Origin: an uncultured delta proteobacterium
GTDB lineage: Bacteria > Myxococcota_A > Polyangia > Polyangiales > Polyangiaceae
Assembly: GCA_963716725.1 (NCBI GenBank)
Contig: CAVQUB010000015.1
Coordinates: 448,001-512,000, forward strand
DNA length: 64,000 bases
Direction of reading: 5' to 3'
Below, in pieces: positions 46,054 to 57,230 of the stretch. The notes under the pieces are model-generated. The model was given only the letters and a program-made list of their open reading frames with translations, made no database searches and was not told the DNA's origin. Position 1 is the first letter of the stretch; every line of letters starts with the position of its first letter. Position numbers and translations under genes: made by a program.

Positions 46054-46434
46054 TCAGGCGCGAACCAGCTCCACGTGTCGTCCGGACGCTCTGGCGAGTG
46101 GCTCGATGTCATCGAGATCGGCCGTCACGATTTGATCGCCGTCTTGGGCGAGAATCACCAGCGCCGCGTCGATCACGTCGCTCTTCTTCGCGGTCGCCAG
46201 CAGCTCGCCGGCCGCGCGTCCCAAGCCATCGTCGAGAGGGCGCACCTCGATGCCGCCGAGCGCTCTTGCGAGGAGCGCTTGTCTGGGTCCGCCGGCGCGC
46301 CAAACCTGGCCAATCACACCTCCGTGAGAGATGGGGATCTCCGCGCGCTCCAGCGCGACCTTGAGTCGGCGCCACATCCCACGATCGTTGCGTTCGAGCG
46401 CGATCAACGCCCCGCTATCCAGAATCAGGGTCAC
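46054..46434 (-). CDS. vapC: PIN-domain toxin (VapC-like)
   Basis: LILDSGALIA, DVIDAALV, IVTADLDD; GTG overlaps the antitoxin stop. Confidence 0.85.
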   Translation of the reverse strand: MTLILDSGALIALERNDRGMWRRLKVALERAEIPISHGGVIGQVWRAGGPRQALLARALGGIEVRPLDDGLGRAAGELLATAKKSDVIDAALVILAQDGDQIVTADLDDIEPLARASGRHVELVRA

Positions 46435-46739
46435 CGGGCTCCGCGGGGTGCGTTGGCCGCCAGTTTGCGCGGTTTTCCGCGCACTACGACCGACGAGCGA
46501 CGGTCGGCACGCTCTTGGGCAACCAGCTCCGCCGCAGAGATCACTCCGAATTCGTGCTCGTAGAGCGCGAGCGCCTCCGACAAAGCCAATAGCCGGCGCT
46601 CCTTCGCGGCGCGCTCTGCCAGCGCGAGATTGACCCACCCGCTGAGCGATTCGGCTCGCCCCGAGCGAACGGCTTCGTTGCCAGCGCGGATGAGATCGGG
46701 ATCGACGGTCACCGTGAGGCGGCCTTTGCGAACGCTCAT
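46431..46739 (-). CDS. vapB: Ribbon-helix-helix antitoxin (VapB-like)
   Basis: KGRLTVTVDPDLI...SLSGWVNLAL; YEHEFGVIS; directly upstream of the PIN gene. Confidence 0.75.
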   Translation of the reverse strand: MSVRKGRLTVTVDPDLIRAGNEAVRSGRAESLSGWVNLALAERAAKERRLLALSEALALYEHEFGVISAAELVAQERADRRSSVVVRGKPRKLAANAPRGAR

Positions 46740-46745
46740 ACTTCT

Positions 46746-46774
46746 GTTCTAACTCCGATAATACCTTCGTTCAA
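46746..46774 (-). promoter_or_regulatory. sigma70-like promoter giving a leaderless TA transcript
   Basis: TTGAAC-N17-TAGAAC-N6-ATG. Confidence 0.65.
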
Positions 46775-46876
46775 GCCGTCCGACGGTCCCAGGGGATCTC
46801 GGTTCGCTCCGCTCGAGAGGGTCTCCTCTTGGTGGGACTTGCGCTCGCAAGACCGCGCCCGTGCCGGGCGCCCCAA

Positions 46877-46916
46877 ATGACAAAGGCCCCGCGCTTTCGC
46901 GCAGGGCCCTCGTCAT
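46877..46916 (-). terminator. 18-bp stem-loop after the Cys-ladder lipoprotein gene
   Basis: On the minus strand all 18 pairs close (3 G-U wobbles) around a GAAA tetraloop; short U-tract. Confidence 0.75.
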
Positions 46917-46931
46917 CCGATGGGTCTCGGA

Positions 46932-48226
46932 TCAGCCAGCGCCGGCCGAGCCGCTCGCCGAAGCGCTCGCGCTCACCGACACGTTCAGGCTGACCGAAGC
47001 GTCCGCCTGAGCCTTGAGCGACGCCACGAGGCAGCCGCCGACCTTGAGAGCAGCCTGGCCGCCGCCCTTGACCGCCGCCTGAACGCCCTCGATCGACGCC
47101 TTCACGTTGGCGATCGCGCCTTCGATGCGACCCTTCATGCCGAGGGTCACCTTGAGCAGCGCCGGGAGGTTCTTCTCGAGCGCGCCCTTGAGCTTGGCCG
47201 ACGCTTCCGCGTCCGCCGCGCCGGAGAAGTTCACGCTGACCGAGGCCGGGGTGCACTCGAGCTTCGCGCTGACCTCAGCGTCGCAGTTCGCCTTGCACTC
47301 GGCGCTCATCTTCGGCGGGACGATCTCACCGGAGCACTTCGGCTCCTTGATCTCCACCGAGCAGCCACCCGAGCAGGAGCCTTCGCACTTGGCCGCGCCC
47401 TTGATCTCGCAGGAAGCCGAGCAGGAGCCCGAGCACTTGCCCTTGCAGCTGCCCTTGGCGCTCGCCGAGCACTTGCCTTCGCACTTGCCCTTGCAGGCGC
47501 CCTTGTTCTTGTCGCTGCCGGTCGAGGCTTGGCCGTCGCACTTGCCTTCGCAAGCGCCGCCGCAGGTGCCGCTGAAGTCAGCCTCGCAGCTGCCCTCGCA
47601 GGTGCCGCCGCAGCTGCCTTCGCACTTGGCGCCGGCTTCGACGGTGCAACCGCCCTTGCATTCGCCTTCGCATTTGCCGCTGATCTCGCCGCCCTCGCAC
47701 TTGACCTCGGCTTTGCCGCCCGAGACGCTCGCGTCGCAGGAGCCAGCGCAGTCGGCCATCGCGTTCATCGACGCGGAGCACTTCGGGGGAACGACCTTGA
47801 CGTCGAGCTTGCCGCTGATCTTCGCCTTGGCCTTGACGTCGCCCATGAACTTGACGGCGGCCGTGGCACGCGGCTTCCGCCTTCTTGCCCGGGCCCTCTT
47901 CCTTCGGGGTGATGTCCTCGTCCGACGCGCCCAGGTCCTTCGCCAGCTGGCCACAGGCGCCAGCGACGTCAGCCTCGACCGCGACCGCGAGGTTCTTGCA
48001 GGTTCGCGCCCGCAGCGAGCGCGCCCTTGATCTTGCCTTCCATCTCGCCCTGGAGGCCGAAGTTGGCCTTCATGATCGCGCTCGGATCATTGATGTCCGC
48101 CGGGCAGGACCCGGGCAGACCAGGCAGACCCGGCAGGCCACCACAGTTCATGAGCAGCGGCGCTGCAATCAGGGCCGCGGCGCCGAGCACCGGACCACCC
48201 ATCATCCGCCAACGATTTCCGACCAT
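46932..48226 (-). CDS. Cys-rich lipoprotein with a mirror-symmetric 28-Cys ladder (indels near 47870-48000)
   Basis: GAGGAGG SD, MVGNRWRMM...LLMNC lipobox; CxxxC repeats; helical C-terminus; strongly biased codon use. Confidence 0.85.
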
Positions 48227-48487
48227 CTTAAATTCCTCCTCAGGAAGCACTGCATTCCAAAGTCGCGGGGGACGCTACACCCAGAGGGCTGCGCTTTGGA
48301 AGCGCAGTCTTGTGGGCTTTGGTGTCGCCCGCCGGGGTCTTGTCACGAGCCCTCGCCGAGTACCGGCGCGAGCCCCGTTCTCTGACGCTCGCCGGGGCCA
48401 TCCCGGCTCACGTCGCCGGGCATATCGCCGCTTTTCTGTGCAAAGTAAAGCCTTTTGTTCAGTGTTGGGGGCCCAGCTGGGCGCGAT

Positions 48488-48880
48488 CTACCCAGAACGC
48501 TGGCCCGAGTTGCCTCGGCCCCGGGCCCGGCCGGCCCGCAGGGTCGCCGGCGAAGGATCCGCAAAAGGCAGCTCGACTTGGCTGGGATTGTGGGGCGCCG
48601 AGGGCCGCGCCCCGGTCCGCTCGAGCATCTGCCGCTCCTGTTCCATGTCCGCTTCCATCACCTCGAGGTTGTCGAGGGCGAAGGCCAGGGCGTCGAAGAC
48701 CTTGGCCGGTTCGATCTGCGGGTACCGTTTGAAGATGGTCTCGATGCGCGTGCCGCTCTTGTAGAAGGCGAACAGCCGCCGGACCGGGATCCGCGTGCCT
48801 GCCACATGCGGGCTTCCCCCCAGCACCTTCGCCTCGATCCGCACGTGGGGGTGCGGCACGAGCACGATCGGCAGGCTCAC
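48488..48880 (-). CDS. DUF433-domain protein
   Basis: [15 protein letters not shown]...YPQI...[11 protein letters not shown] overlaps the tkt stop. Confidence 0.85.
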   Translation of the reverse strand: MSLPIVLVPHPHVRIEAKVLGGSPHVAGTRIPVRRLFAFYKSGTRIETIFKRYPQIEPAKVFDALAFALDNLEVMEADMEQERQMLERTGARPSAPHNPSQVELPFADPSPATLRAGRARGRGNSGQRSG

Positions 48881-50859
48881 CGAGGCCCTCCGGCGAAGTG
48901 AGCGCGGATGGCTGCCGCGACTCTCGCCGGAGTGAGCCCGAGCTCCTCCGCGATGCGCTCGGCGGGCGCCGAGGCGCCGAAGCGATCGATGCCGATGCTG
49001 AGGCCCGCCTCGCCGGTCACGCCGCGCCAGAGCGAGGTGCGCCCCGCCTCGAGAGTGACGCGGGGGATGCCGCTGCCGAGCACCGCGCTCTGATCGGACT
49101 GGGGCAGGCGCGTGAAGGCTTCCCAACACGGCGCGCTCACGACGCGCACGCGGAAGGCGTCGGACAGGAGTCGCTTGGCTTCGACAGCCACGCCGACCTC
49201 GCTGCCCGTGGCGATCAGCACGAGATCCGCGTCGGGTGCGTCGTCGAGCACGTAGGCACCTCGAAGCAGCAGCTTTTCGTCGAAGCCGCTCGGGCGCGAG
49301 AGCGTGGGCGTCTTCTGGCGGGTGAGCACCAAGGCGGTCGGCGCGTCTCGCCGCGACATGGCGTGGGCCCAGGCCGCCGCGCATTCCAGGCCATCCGCCG
49401 GGCGAACCACGTCGAGGTTCGGGATCAGGCGTAGCGCGGCGACGTGCTCGACGGGCTGGTGGGTCGGACCGTCTTCGCCCAGCAACACCGAATCGTGCGT
49501 GTAGATCCAGAGCGCGGGCTGCCCCATCAGGGCCGAGAGGCGCACGCTCGGTCGCATGTAGTCGCTGAAGACCAAGAACGTCGAGCCGAAGGGCACGAAG
49601 AAGCCAGAGAGCGCGAGGCCGTTGGAGATGGCGCCCATGGCGTGCTCGCGGATCCCGAAGGCCAGGTTCCTCCCGGCAAACTCTCCGCGCTTCACCTCGC
49701 CGCTGCCCTTGATGCCGGTCTTGCAGCTCTCGGCCAGATCGGCCGAGCCTCCGACGAGCGACGGCACCAGCTCCGCGACCTTCTGTTCGAGCTTGGCGCT
49801 GAGCGAGCGGGTGGCGTCCGCCTTTCCATCGATCAGCTTGGTCAGCTCGGTGAGCAAGTGCTCGGGCACCTGGCGAGTGGTGAGCTTCTGCCAGAGCTCG
49901 GCCCGGGGACCGCCGAGCTTCGCCACTTTGGCCTTCCACGCTGACAGGAGCTTCTGGTTGTCGGCGACCTGAGCGCGGAACAGATCCGTCGCGCCGGCCG
50001 GAACGTGGAAGGGATCCGCCGGCCAATCGGCCTTCTGCTTGGCCCCGGCGACCTCGTCCTTGCCGAGGGGCGCACCGTGGGCTCCCGAGGTGTCTTGTTT
50101 GGTCGGCGCGCCGATGGCGATGTGGGTCCGCGCCGCGATCAAGCTCGGGCGGCTGCTCTCCGCGGTGGCCGCGTCGAGGGCGGCGCGCACCGCGGCCGGG
50201 TCGTGGCCGTCGACCTGCTGCACGAACCAGCCGTAGGCCTCGAAGCGCTTGCCCACGTCTTCGCTGAAACTCAGGCTGGTCGGGCCGTCGATCGTGATCT
50301 TGTTGTCGTCGTAGACGAGCACCAGGTTGTCGAGGCCGAGGTGCCCGGCGAGGCTGGCGGCCTCGCTGGCGACGCCCTCCATCAGATCGCCGTCGCCGGC
50401 GATGGCGAACACGCGATAGTCGATGATGGCGTCTCCGGGTTCGTTGACCCGCGCCCCCATCATCTTGCCGGCGAGCGCGAGCCCGACCGCGTTGCCCACG
50501 CCTTGGCCCAGAGGGCCAGTGGTGGTCTCGACGCCCGGCGTGTGGCCCACCTCCGGATGTCCCGGTGTCCTGCTCCCCCACTGGCGGAACGCCTTCAGAT
50601 CATCGAGCGAGAGATCGTAACCTGCCAGGTGCAAGAGGGAGTAGAGCAGCATCGAGGCGTGGCCCGCCGAGAGCACGAAGCGATCGCGATTGGGCCAGCC
50701 CGGCTCGGTCGGCACGTAGCGCAGATGATGCGTAAACAGCTCGACGCCGATCCCCGCCAGCGCCATCGGGGTGCCCGGGTGTCCCGAGTTCGCCTGCTCG
50801 ACACCGTCCACGGACAAAAATCGCACGGTCTTGACCGCGGTCTCGAAGGCATTCGACAT
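48877..50859 (-). CDS. tkt: Transketolase
   Basis: [58 protein letters not shown]. Confidence 0.97.
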   Translation of the reverse strand: MSNAFETAVKTVRFLSVDGVEQANSGHPGTPMALAGIGVELFTHHLRYVPTEPGWPNRDRFVLSAGHASMLLYSLLHLAGYDLSLDDLKAFRQWGSRTPGHPEVGHTPGVETTTGPLGQGVGNAVGLALAGKMMGARVNEPGDAIIDYRVFAIAGDGDLMEGVASEAASLAGHLGLDNLVLVYDDNKITIDGPTSLSFSEDVGKRFEAYGWFVQQVDGHDPAAVRAALDAATAESSRPSLIAARTHIAIGAPTKQDTSGAHGAPLGKDEVAGAKQKADWPADPFHVPAGATDLFRAQVADNQKLLSAWKAKVAKLGGPRAELWQKLTTRQVPEHLLTELTKLIDGKADATRSLSAKLEQKVAELVPSLVGGSADLAESCKTGIKGSGEVKRGEFAGRNLAFGIREHAMGAISNGLALSGFFVPFGSTFLVFSDYMRPSVRLSALMGQPALWIYTHDSVLLGEDGPTHQPVEHVAALRLIPNLDVVRPADGLECAAAWAHAMSRRDAPTALVLTRQKTPTLSRPSGFDEKLLLRGAYVLDDAPDADLVLIATGSEVGVAVEAKRLLSDAFRVRVVSAPCWEAFTRLPQSDQSAVLGSGIPRVTLEAGRTSLWRGVTGEAGLSIGIDRFGASAPAERIAEELGLTPARVAAAIRAHFAGGPR

Positions 50860-50998
50860 AGTCTGCTCCCGTAGTCCAGCGGCGCGGACCCGCCAAGGGG
50901 GCGAGCTCGCGCCCCGATTTTGCCGCAATGGGTCAGGCCGTCGCGCCAGAGAAACCGGTTGTGCCCCGCGCCGCCTCGGGCGATGTGCTGCCCGTCGA

Positions 50999-53467
50999 GT
51001 GAGACACCATCAACGAATCCTCGTCCGGTTGTTCGCCGTTGTGCTGTGGTTGGCCGGGCTCGCGCTGCCGTGCCGAGCTCAAGCTCAGGAGGGCGTGGTC
51101 GCGCCACGACTCGAGCGAGATGGCGGAGCGGCGTACCCGCTCCGCGCGCTCGCCGAGCGACACTACCAGCGCGTCGAGGTGGGGCTGGTCCTCGAAATCG
51201 ACGCCCGCGGCAGGGTGGTGCGCGCTAGCGTCGATCGCGCCCGGGGCCATGGATTCGACGAGGCTGCGCTCGAGGCGGCCAAGCAACTCGAATTCTCACC
51301 GGCGACCCGCAACGGCACGCCGGTGGCGGCGCGCATTCGCTTTCGATACGTCTTCGAGCCGCCCCCCGCGGCGCTCAGGGTCCAAGCCGTGGACGCGACA
51401 ACGGGAACGCCGCTGGGCGGCGCGCGCGTCACCCTCGAGGCCGCGAAGGGTAGTCCGCGGACGCTGCCGGGCGCGGGCGGAGGGAGCTTCACTGCCGCGG
51501 ACTTGCCCCACGGCCGCGTGCGTGTCCGGGTCGAAGCAGACGGGCACGCCGCACAGTCCTCGGACGTGACGCTCATTCCCGGTGACGACACCGAGATCGT
51601 CTTCCGCCTGTTGCCCGTCGCGGCGCCCACCGGCTCGACCCCCGAGCAGATCGAGGTCGTGGTACACGGCGAGAAGCCCGCGCCGGCGGTGAAGACCTTC
51701 AGTCGCGAGGAAGTGCGGCTGATCCCCGGAGCCTTCGGTGATCCCTTCCGGGCCATCGAGGCCATGCCGGGCGTGGTCCCCGTGGCCTCGGGGTTGCCCT
51801 TTTTCTACGTGCGAGGCGCACCTCCGGGCAACGTCGGCTACTTCCTGGACGGCGTCCGCGTCCCCTACCTCTATCACGTCATGTTCGGCCCTTCGGTCGT
51901 GCACCCCGGCCTCATCGAGCGGGTCGATCTGCATTCAGGCGGCTACCCGGCGAGCTTCGGGCGCTTCGCCGGCGGCATCGTGGCCGCAGAGACCAACCCG
52001 CCGCGTCCCGAGCTTCACGGCGAAGGCAACGTCCGCCTCTTCGACGCCGGAGCGTTGGTCGAGAGCGGCTTCGCCGACGGCCGCGGCACCGCCCTGGTGG
52101 GCGCGCGCTACTCCTACACGGCCGCGCTCGTGTCGCTGGTCGCCCCCGAGATCGAGCTCGCCTACCGGGACTACCAGGTCCGCCTGTCCTACGATCTTTC
52201 GCCGCGCGATCGGCTCACGCTGCTGTCCTTCGGCGCCTACGATCTGCTCGGTCGCGAGCGCAACGGAGACCTCACGGTGCTGTTCGGTACCGAGTTCTAC
52301 CGCCTCGATCTGCGCCACGATCACGACACGGGGCGCGGCTCCCTGCGCACCGCGTTCACTCTGGGGCTCGATCGCACCGCCAACGCCTTCCTCGCCGGCG
52401 AGCAGCGCACGATCACCACGCAGATCCTCGGCGCTCGCACTGCCCTCGATCATCGCCTGAGCGGCCAGACCCGGTTTCGCGCCGGGACCGACGGAACCGT
52501 GGAGCGCTACGCCGCCAGCGCGGCGAAGTACGCCGACCCGGACAGCCCGGAAACCCAGGCGTTCAGCCAGAGCTTTCCCCCACGCACCGATCTGACCTTC
52601 GGCGTCTGGGCCGATCTGGTGCTCGATGTCACGCCCGATATCGAGGTCATCCCCGGCGCACGGGTAGACCTGTACCGCTCGCAGTCCGCCAGCGCCGTCG
52701 GCGTCGATCCGCGCATCTCCGCCCGCTTCGCCGTATCCGACGACGTGCGCATCACCCACGCCTACGGCATCGCCCACCAGCCACCCTCGTTCGTGCTGCC
52801 GATCCCGGGCCTCACGCCGGCCACCCTGGAAGGGGGTCTCCAGCGCAGCTTGCAGACCGGCGCCGGGGTCGAGGTCGACGTGGCCGACGCCACGACGGCG
52901 AGCCTGACCTTGTTCTACAATGTCTTCTTGGGCATGACGGACGCGCTCGGCTCTGAATCCCGCACCCAGGACGGGCCGCCGACCCAGGAGGTCGACGAGC
53001 GATCCATGGGCTCGGCGGTGGGCGCAGAGGTCTTCTTGAAGCGCAAGCTGACCAAGCGCCTCGGCGGCTTCGTTTCGTACACGCTCTCGCGCTCGACCCG
53101 CAGCCTCGGCAGCGAGGAGTTCCCCAGCAACTTCGATCGCACGCACGTGCTCAACGCTGCTCTCGGCTACGACCTTGGACGTGGCTGGCGTCCGGGCGGT
53201 CGCGTGGTGTTCTACACCGGCACGCCGGTCCAGGCCTCGCAGAACGAGGACGCGAGCTCGCCGCCCCGCACCACCGACGACGTCGACCGCTCGCCGGCGT
53301 TTTTCCGCCTCGATCTGCGGCTGGAGAAGCGTTGGGCCTTGGGCGGCTCAACCTGGCTCTCTTTCGTGGCCGAGGTGCTCAACGCCACGCTCAGCAAGGA
53401 GACCTTCGGCGACCAAGAGATCGGCCCCATCACCATCCCGAGCGTCGGCTTGGAGGGAGGGTTCTAG
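50999..53467 (+). CDS. TonB-dependent receptor with N-terminal TonB_C and carboxypeptidase-regulatory-like domains; start approximate
   Basis: YP...EIDARGRV...[20 protein letters not shown] (TonB_C); [17 protein letters not shown] plug; C-terminal GLEGGF. Confidence 0.88.
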   Translation: MRHHQRILVRLFAVVLWLAGLALPCRAQAQEGVVAPRLERDGGAAYPLRALAERHYQRVEVGLVLEIDARGRVVRASVDRARGHGFDEAALEAAKQLEFSPATRNGTPVAARIRFRYVFEPPPAALRVQAVDATTGTPLGGARVTLEAAKGSPRTLPGAGGGSFTAADLPHGRVRVRVEADGHAAQSSDVTLIPGDDTEIVFRLLPVAAPTGSTPEQIEVVVHGEKPAPAVKTFSREEVRLIPGAFGDPFRAIEAMPGVVPVASGLPFFYVRGAPPGNVGYFLDGVRVPYLYHVMFGPSVVHPGLIERVDLHSGGYPASFGRFAGGIVAAETNPPRPELHGEGNVRLFDAGALVESGFADGRGTALVGARYSYTAALVSLVAPEIELAYRDYQVRLSYDLSPRDRLTLLSFGAYDLLGRERNGDLTVLFGTEFYRLDLRHDHDTGRGSLRTAFTLGLDRTANAFLAGEQRTITTQILGARTALDHRLSGQTRFRAGTDGTVERYAASAAKYADPDSPETQAFSQSFPPRTDLTFGVWADLVLDVTPDIEVIPGARVDLYRSQSASAVGVDPRISARFAVSDDVRITHAYGIAHQPPSFVLPIPGLTPATLEGGLQRSLQTGAGVEVDVADATTASLTLFYNVFLGMTDALGSESRTQDGPPTQEVDERSMGSAVGAEVFLKRKLTKRLGGFVSYTLSRSTRSLGSEEFPSNFDRTHVLNAALGYDLGRGWRPGGRVVFYTGTPVQASQNEDASSPPRTTDDVDRSPAFFRLDLRLEKRWALGGSTWLSFVAEVLNATLSKETFGDQEIGPITIPSVGLEGGF

Positions 53468-53469
53468 AC

Positions 53470-54348
53470 ATGCGACGGACCGCTGCCGTGCTTTGCATGA
53501 CGTCACTTGCGGCGATGGGCTGTCTGCCCGACGACACGCGCAAGCCGCCCGGACGCCTGAACGTGACCGTCACCAGTGACTACCCGCGCGATCCAGCGGG
53601 CTTCGACACCGCGGACGGCTGGCACATCGAGTACGACCGCTTCTTGATCGCGCTCGGCGAGGTCGCTCTCCGGGGCGACGACTGCACCTCCTACAACGAT
53701 ACCGACTATTTGCGAGTGCTCGACGCCCGCTCTGGTGCGCCCGAGAAGATCAGCACGCCCTACGCGCTCGGCGCCTGCGATCTGCGCTTCCGCATGCGAC
53801 CTCCGCCCGAGGACGCCGTCCTCGGGCAGGGCGTGAGCGCCGCCGACCTCGCCTTCCTGCGCCTTCCGGGCAGCGACGACTTCGCGAAGGACACCGGGAG
53901 CGCGGTCTACGTCTCCGGTTCGGCGCGGAGCGGTGGCATCGAGAAGCGCTTCGCGTGGTCGTTTCGACTCAGTGCCCAGTACGACGACTGCGAGATCCCC
54001 GCCGAGTCCGGCGTGCACCTCGCCAGCGACGTCGAGCAGACCCTCGACATCGCGATCGGCAGCAAGTCGTTCTTCCAGCACGTACCGAACGAACCCTTGG
54101 CCGAGCTCCGCTTCGCTCCCTTCGCCGAGGCGGACGACGTGCACGGCGACGCCGACGGGAACGTGACCCTGGACGAGCTCACCCTGGTGCCCTTGGCCAG
54201 CAACGCCAGCTTCGACCGCTGGGATAACTTCGCCGACTACCTCTACACGGGCCTGGCGCCGCAGTTGCCGCGCTATCGCGGCAGCGGCACGTGCACCATC
54301 GGACCCATCGACGAGGGCGGGCACGGGCCGGGTGGCGGGGGTCACTGA
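53470..54348 (+). CDS. Lipoprotein partner of the TBDR
   Basis: AAMGC lipobox; TADGWHIEYDRFL; EF-hand-like DADGNVTLDEL; 2 nt after the TBDR stop. Confidence 0.75.
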   Translation: MRRTAAVLCMTSLAAMGCLPDDTRKPPGRLNVTVTSDYPRDPAGFDTADGWHIEYDRFLIALGEVALRGDDCTSYNDTDYLRVLDARSGAPEKISTPYALGACDLRFRMRPPPEDAVLGQGVSAADLAFLRLPGSDDFAKDTGSAVYVSGSARSGGIEKRFAWSFRLSAQYDDCEIPAESGVHLASDVEQTLDIAIGSKSFFQHVPNEPLAELRFAPFAEADDVHGDADGNVTLDELTLVPLASNASFDRWDNFADYLYTGLAPQLPRYRGSGTCTIGPIDEGGHGPGGGGH

Positions 54349-55951
54349 GACACGATGTCGCCGCAGACGCGACGAAGCAGGCCGGCGCTCTGCGGGGGCA
54401 CGTCCTCGACGGCCACCTGGAGGCCAGCGATTCGAGCGTCATCGATCACCGCCTTCACCGCCAGCGCCCCGGTGTAGTCGATCCGGCCGAGGCCACCGAG
54501 ATCGAGCACGAGTCGCTGCGCATCGGGATGGGCGGCGAGCGCAGCGTTGAATTGCTCCTCGACGAAGGGCGCCGAGGCGAACCAGAGCACGCCGTTCAAT
54601 CTCAGCGTCAGCGAGAGCCCCTCGTGTTCTGCCTCCACGGTCACCGACAGTTCGCGCCACACGTGGACCGCAAGCGAGAGCCCGACGCCCGCGAGCACCG
54701 CGTACTCGACATGCGGCGAGAGCAGCAGCGTCAGCGCAAAGGTCACCAAGCCGATTGCCGCTTGCGGTCTCGAGGCCCGCCACAGCGGGAGCAGATTCGG
54801 GCCCGGCCGAGGAGCGAGAGGATGCTCGCGATCACGATGGCGGCCAGCACCGCCTTCGGCAGCGGCGCGAGCACCCATGCGACGGGGATGAAGAGCAGCA
54901 CGGCGATCCCGGTCACCGCGCCGCTCCAACGCGTTTGCGTGCCGGCGAGCCGGCTGAGCGCGCTGCGCGAGAACGAAGCCCCGACGGGAAAGCCGCCGCT
55001 GAGCCCCGCGGCGACATTGGCCACTCCTTGGCTCAGCATGGCTCGGTTGGCGTCCCAGCGCGTGCGATCCATGGACGCGAAGGTGCGCGCGATGGCGGCG
55101 GGCTCGGCGAACCCGACGAGGGCGATCAGCCCGGCAGGCACGAGCAGGGACGGCGTCGACGCCCACGGGATGTCGAAGGAAGGCAGCGCGGGCGGTGGAA
55201 CCGCCCCGATCGTCGAGCCGTCGAAATCTGTCGCCACGCTGTAGGCGAGCCCTCCGAGCGCGGCGACCATCACGGCGGGAAAGCGCGGGTGGATGCGACG
55301 CCCCCCAAAGAAGACCACGATGCTCGCCGCCGTGATCCCGACCGCCCGGAGATCCCACGCGCCGGGGGCGGTGAGCGCGGCCCAGGCGCGGCTGCCCACG
55401 CCCCCCGCCCCGGCCGACGCTCCGAGAGCCGTCGGTAGCTGGCTGGCGAAGATGAGCAGCGCGGCGGCGACGGTGAAACCAACGATCACGGGCTGCGAGA
55501 GGAAGTTGGCGGCCGAGCCCCCCCGCACCAGGCCGATGAGAATGCGAATCACGCCCACGAGCAGCGCGAGCAGCACCGCCAGGCCCACGTACTCGGTGCC
55601 GCCCGGTAGCGCGAGCGGAGTGAGTGCGCCGAGGGTGAGCAGGCTGGTCATGGCCGTTGGCCCGGTCTGGAGGTAGCGCGACGAAGCGAAAGGAGCGGCC
55701 AGAATCGGCGCCGCCGCCGAGGCGTAGAGCCCGAGGTGTGCCGGGACACCAGCCAGCTCCGCGTACGCGAGGGACTGGGGCACGAGCACGAGGGCCACGG
55801 ACAGGCCGGCCATCACATCACCGCCCACGAGGCCCAGGCGCGGAGCCGCGGAGGATCCTCGGGCGCTCCGCGCCGACCCCTCGTGCTGCTTCGTAGGCCC
55901 TTCGTCGTCTTTCAAGGTGAACCAACCCGAGCCTACTCCGGCGGGGGCCAT
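54342..55951 (-). CDS. SulP family anion transporter with STAS domain (frameshift near 54800; start uncertain)
   Basis: GDVMAGLSVALVLVPQSLAYAELAG, GASFSRSAL; second frame LRLNGVLWFAS...VLDLGGLGRIDYTG (STAS). Confidence 0.9.
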
Positions 55952-55979
55952 CCCCAGAAGAACAGGAAGCGGGCTGAGG

Positions 55980-57230
55980 CTAGCTCAAGACGCCCGGCGC
56001 CAGGATGAAGAACAACCCGAAGATGACGAGCAGCACGCCGCTCACGCCCTTCAGCACCTTGGCGCCGCGCTCGGAGAGCGCAAATCGGTGCAGCGTCGCG
56101 GCGTAGACCAGGACGATCACCGCGAGCGGGATCACATAGGCGACGTTGTACAAGGCCAAGTAGCCGTAGCGCGCGAGCGGGGACAGGTCGCTCCGCAGCG
56201 TCAGGATGCGCGTGAACACCGCTGGCAGGCCCAGCGTGCAACCGAGCTCGATCAGGTTCACGAAGAACGCCAGCGCGGTGATTCCCAAGAACGCGGTGGG
56301 CAGGCTGGCGGCCCCGGCTATCCCGCGCATGCGCCGGAACAGGCCGGGCTTGGCTTTGTCTGGGATCATCAGCGACACGCCCTGCTTGAACCACACCAGC
56401 TCCTTCAGGTTGACCAGCCCCATGCCCAGCACGACGAGTCCCAGGGCGATGGTCACCGGACGCGACAGGCCGACCAGTGAAAACACGCCGATCCAAGCCG
56501 TCATGAACCCGAAGTAGACGATCCCAGAGACGAGCACGAAGGTGCCGCCGAAGAGCAAGAGCCGCCGCCGGGACTTCACGCGGGTGAGGATGCCGAGCAG
56601 CACCAAGAGCACCCACATGGCGCAGGGATTGATGCCGTCCACCAGGCCGATGAGCAGCGTGAACACCGGCAGCGACACCGCCGTGGGATCGACGCTGCCG
56701 ATCATCGGCAGCTCGACGGCGCGCGGCGATTCGGAGGGCTGCTTCCCGGAGAGCAGCGCGCGGACCTCCTTCTCGGTGCCCGCTCCGCTGAAGCCCACCA
56801 CGTAGGCGTCGCCGATCACGAAGGTCGGGACGCCGACGGCACCCGCACCCAGGTGGCGCACGGTCTCCATGAAGCGCTCGCGACCGGCGGCGTCTTGCCG
56901 CACCTCCACGCGCTCGACCGCGACGCCTTCTTGCTCCAGCCCGCTCAAGAAGGGCTTGGCGTCTTCGCAGTGCGGGCAGCCAATGCCCCAGAAGAACAGC
57001 AGCCGCTTTCCCGCGAGCTCGGGTGCGGCGGGCGACGGTGCCGGCTCCGCAGGCAGGCTCGCGTCCGGCTCGTCCTCGAGCCCTTCGAGGTCGATGGGAC
57101 AGGCCCCCACGTCCCTCGCACAGTCCTCGTCGGCGTCCTGGACGGAGCCGTCCGTCGGGGCGGCGAAGGCCGGGCGAGCCAGCATCGCCCACAGCGTGAG
57201 CATCAGCACGAGCCAGCGTCTCGGAGACAT
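55980..57230 (-). CDS. Thioredoxin/glutaredoxin (CPHC) fused to a CcdA/DsbD-like membrane domain
   Basis: Signal peptide, FWGIGCPHC, GVPTFVIG, GLVDGINPCAMWVL, ELGCTLGLP, multiple TMs. Confidence 0.8.
   Translation of the reverse strand: MSPRRWLVLMLTLWAMLARPAFAAPTDGSVQDADEDCARDVGACPIDLEGLEDEPDASLPAEPAPSPAAPELAGKRLLFFWGIGCPHCEDAKPFLSGLEQEGVAVERVEVRQDAAGRERFMETVRHLGAGAVGVPTFVIGDAYVVGFSGAGTEKEVRALLSGKQPSESPRAVELPMIGSVDPTAVSLPVFTLLIGLVDGINPCAMWVLLVLLGILTRVKSRRRLLLFGGTFVLVSGIVYFGFMTAWIGVFSLVGLSRPVTIALGLVVLGMGLVNLKELVWFKQGVSLMIPDKAKPGLFRRMRGIAGAASLPTAFLGITALAFFVNLIELGCTLGLPAVFTRILTLRSDLSPLARYGYLALYNVAYVIPLAVIVLVYAATLHRFALSERGAKVLKGVSGVLLVIFGLFFILAPGVLS

Noticed and set aside
46054..46774. TA pair as part of a mobile element
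   Set aside because: No transposase, terminal repeats or flanking duplication detected. It looks like a solitary TA insertion
54743..54830. SulP split into two genes or a pseudogene
   Set aside because: A single indel rejoins the TM domain and STAS. Consistent with the other sequence errors
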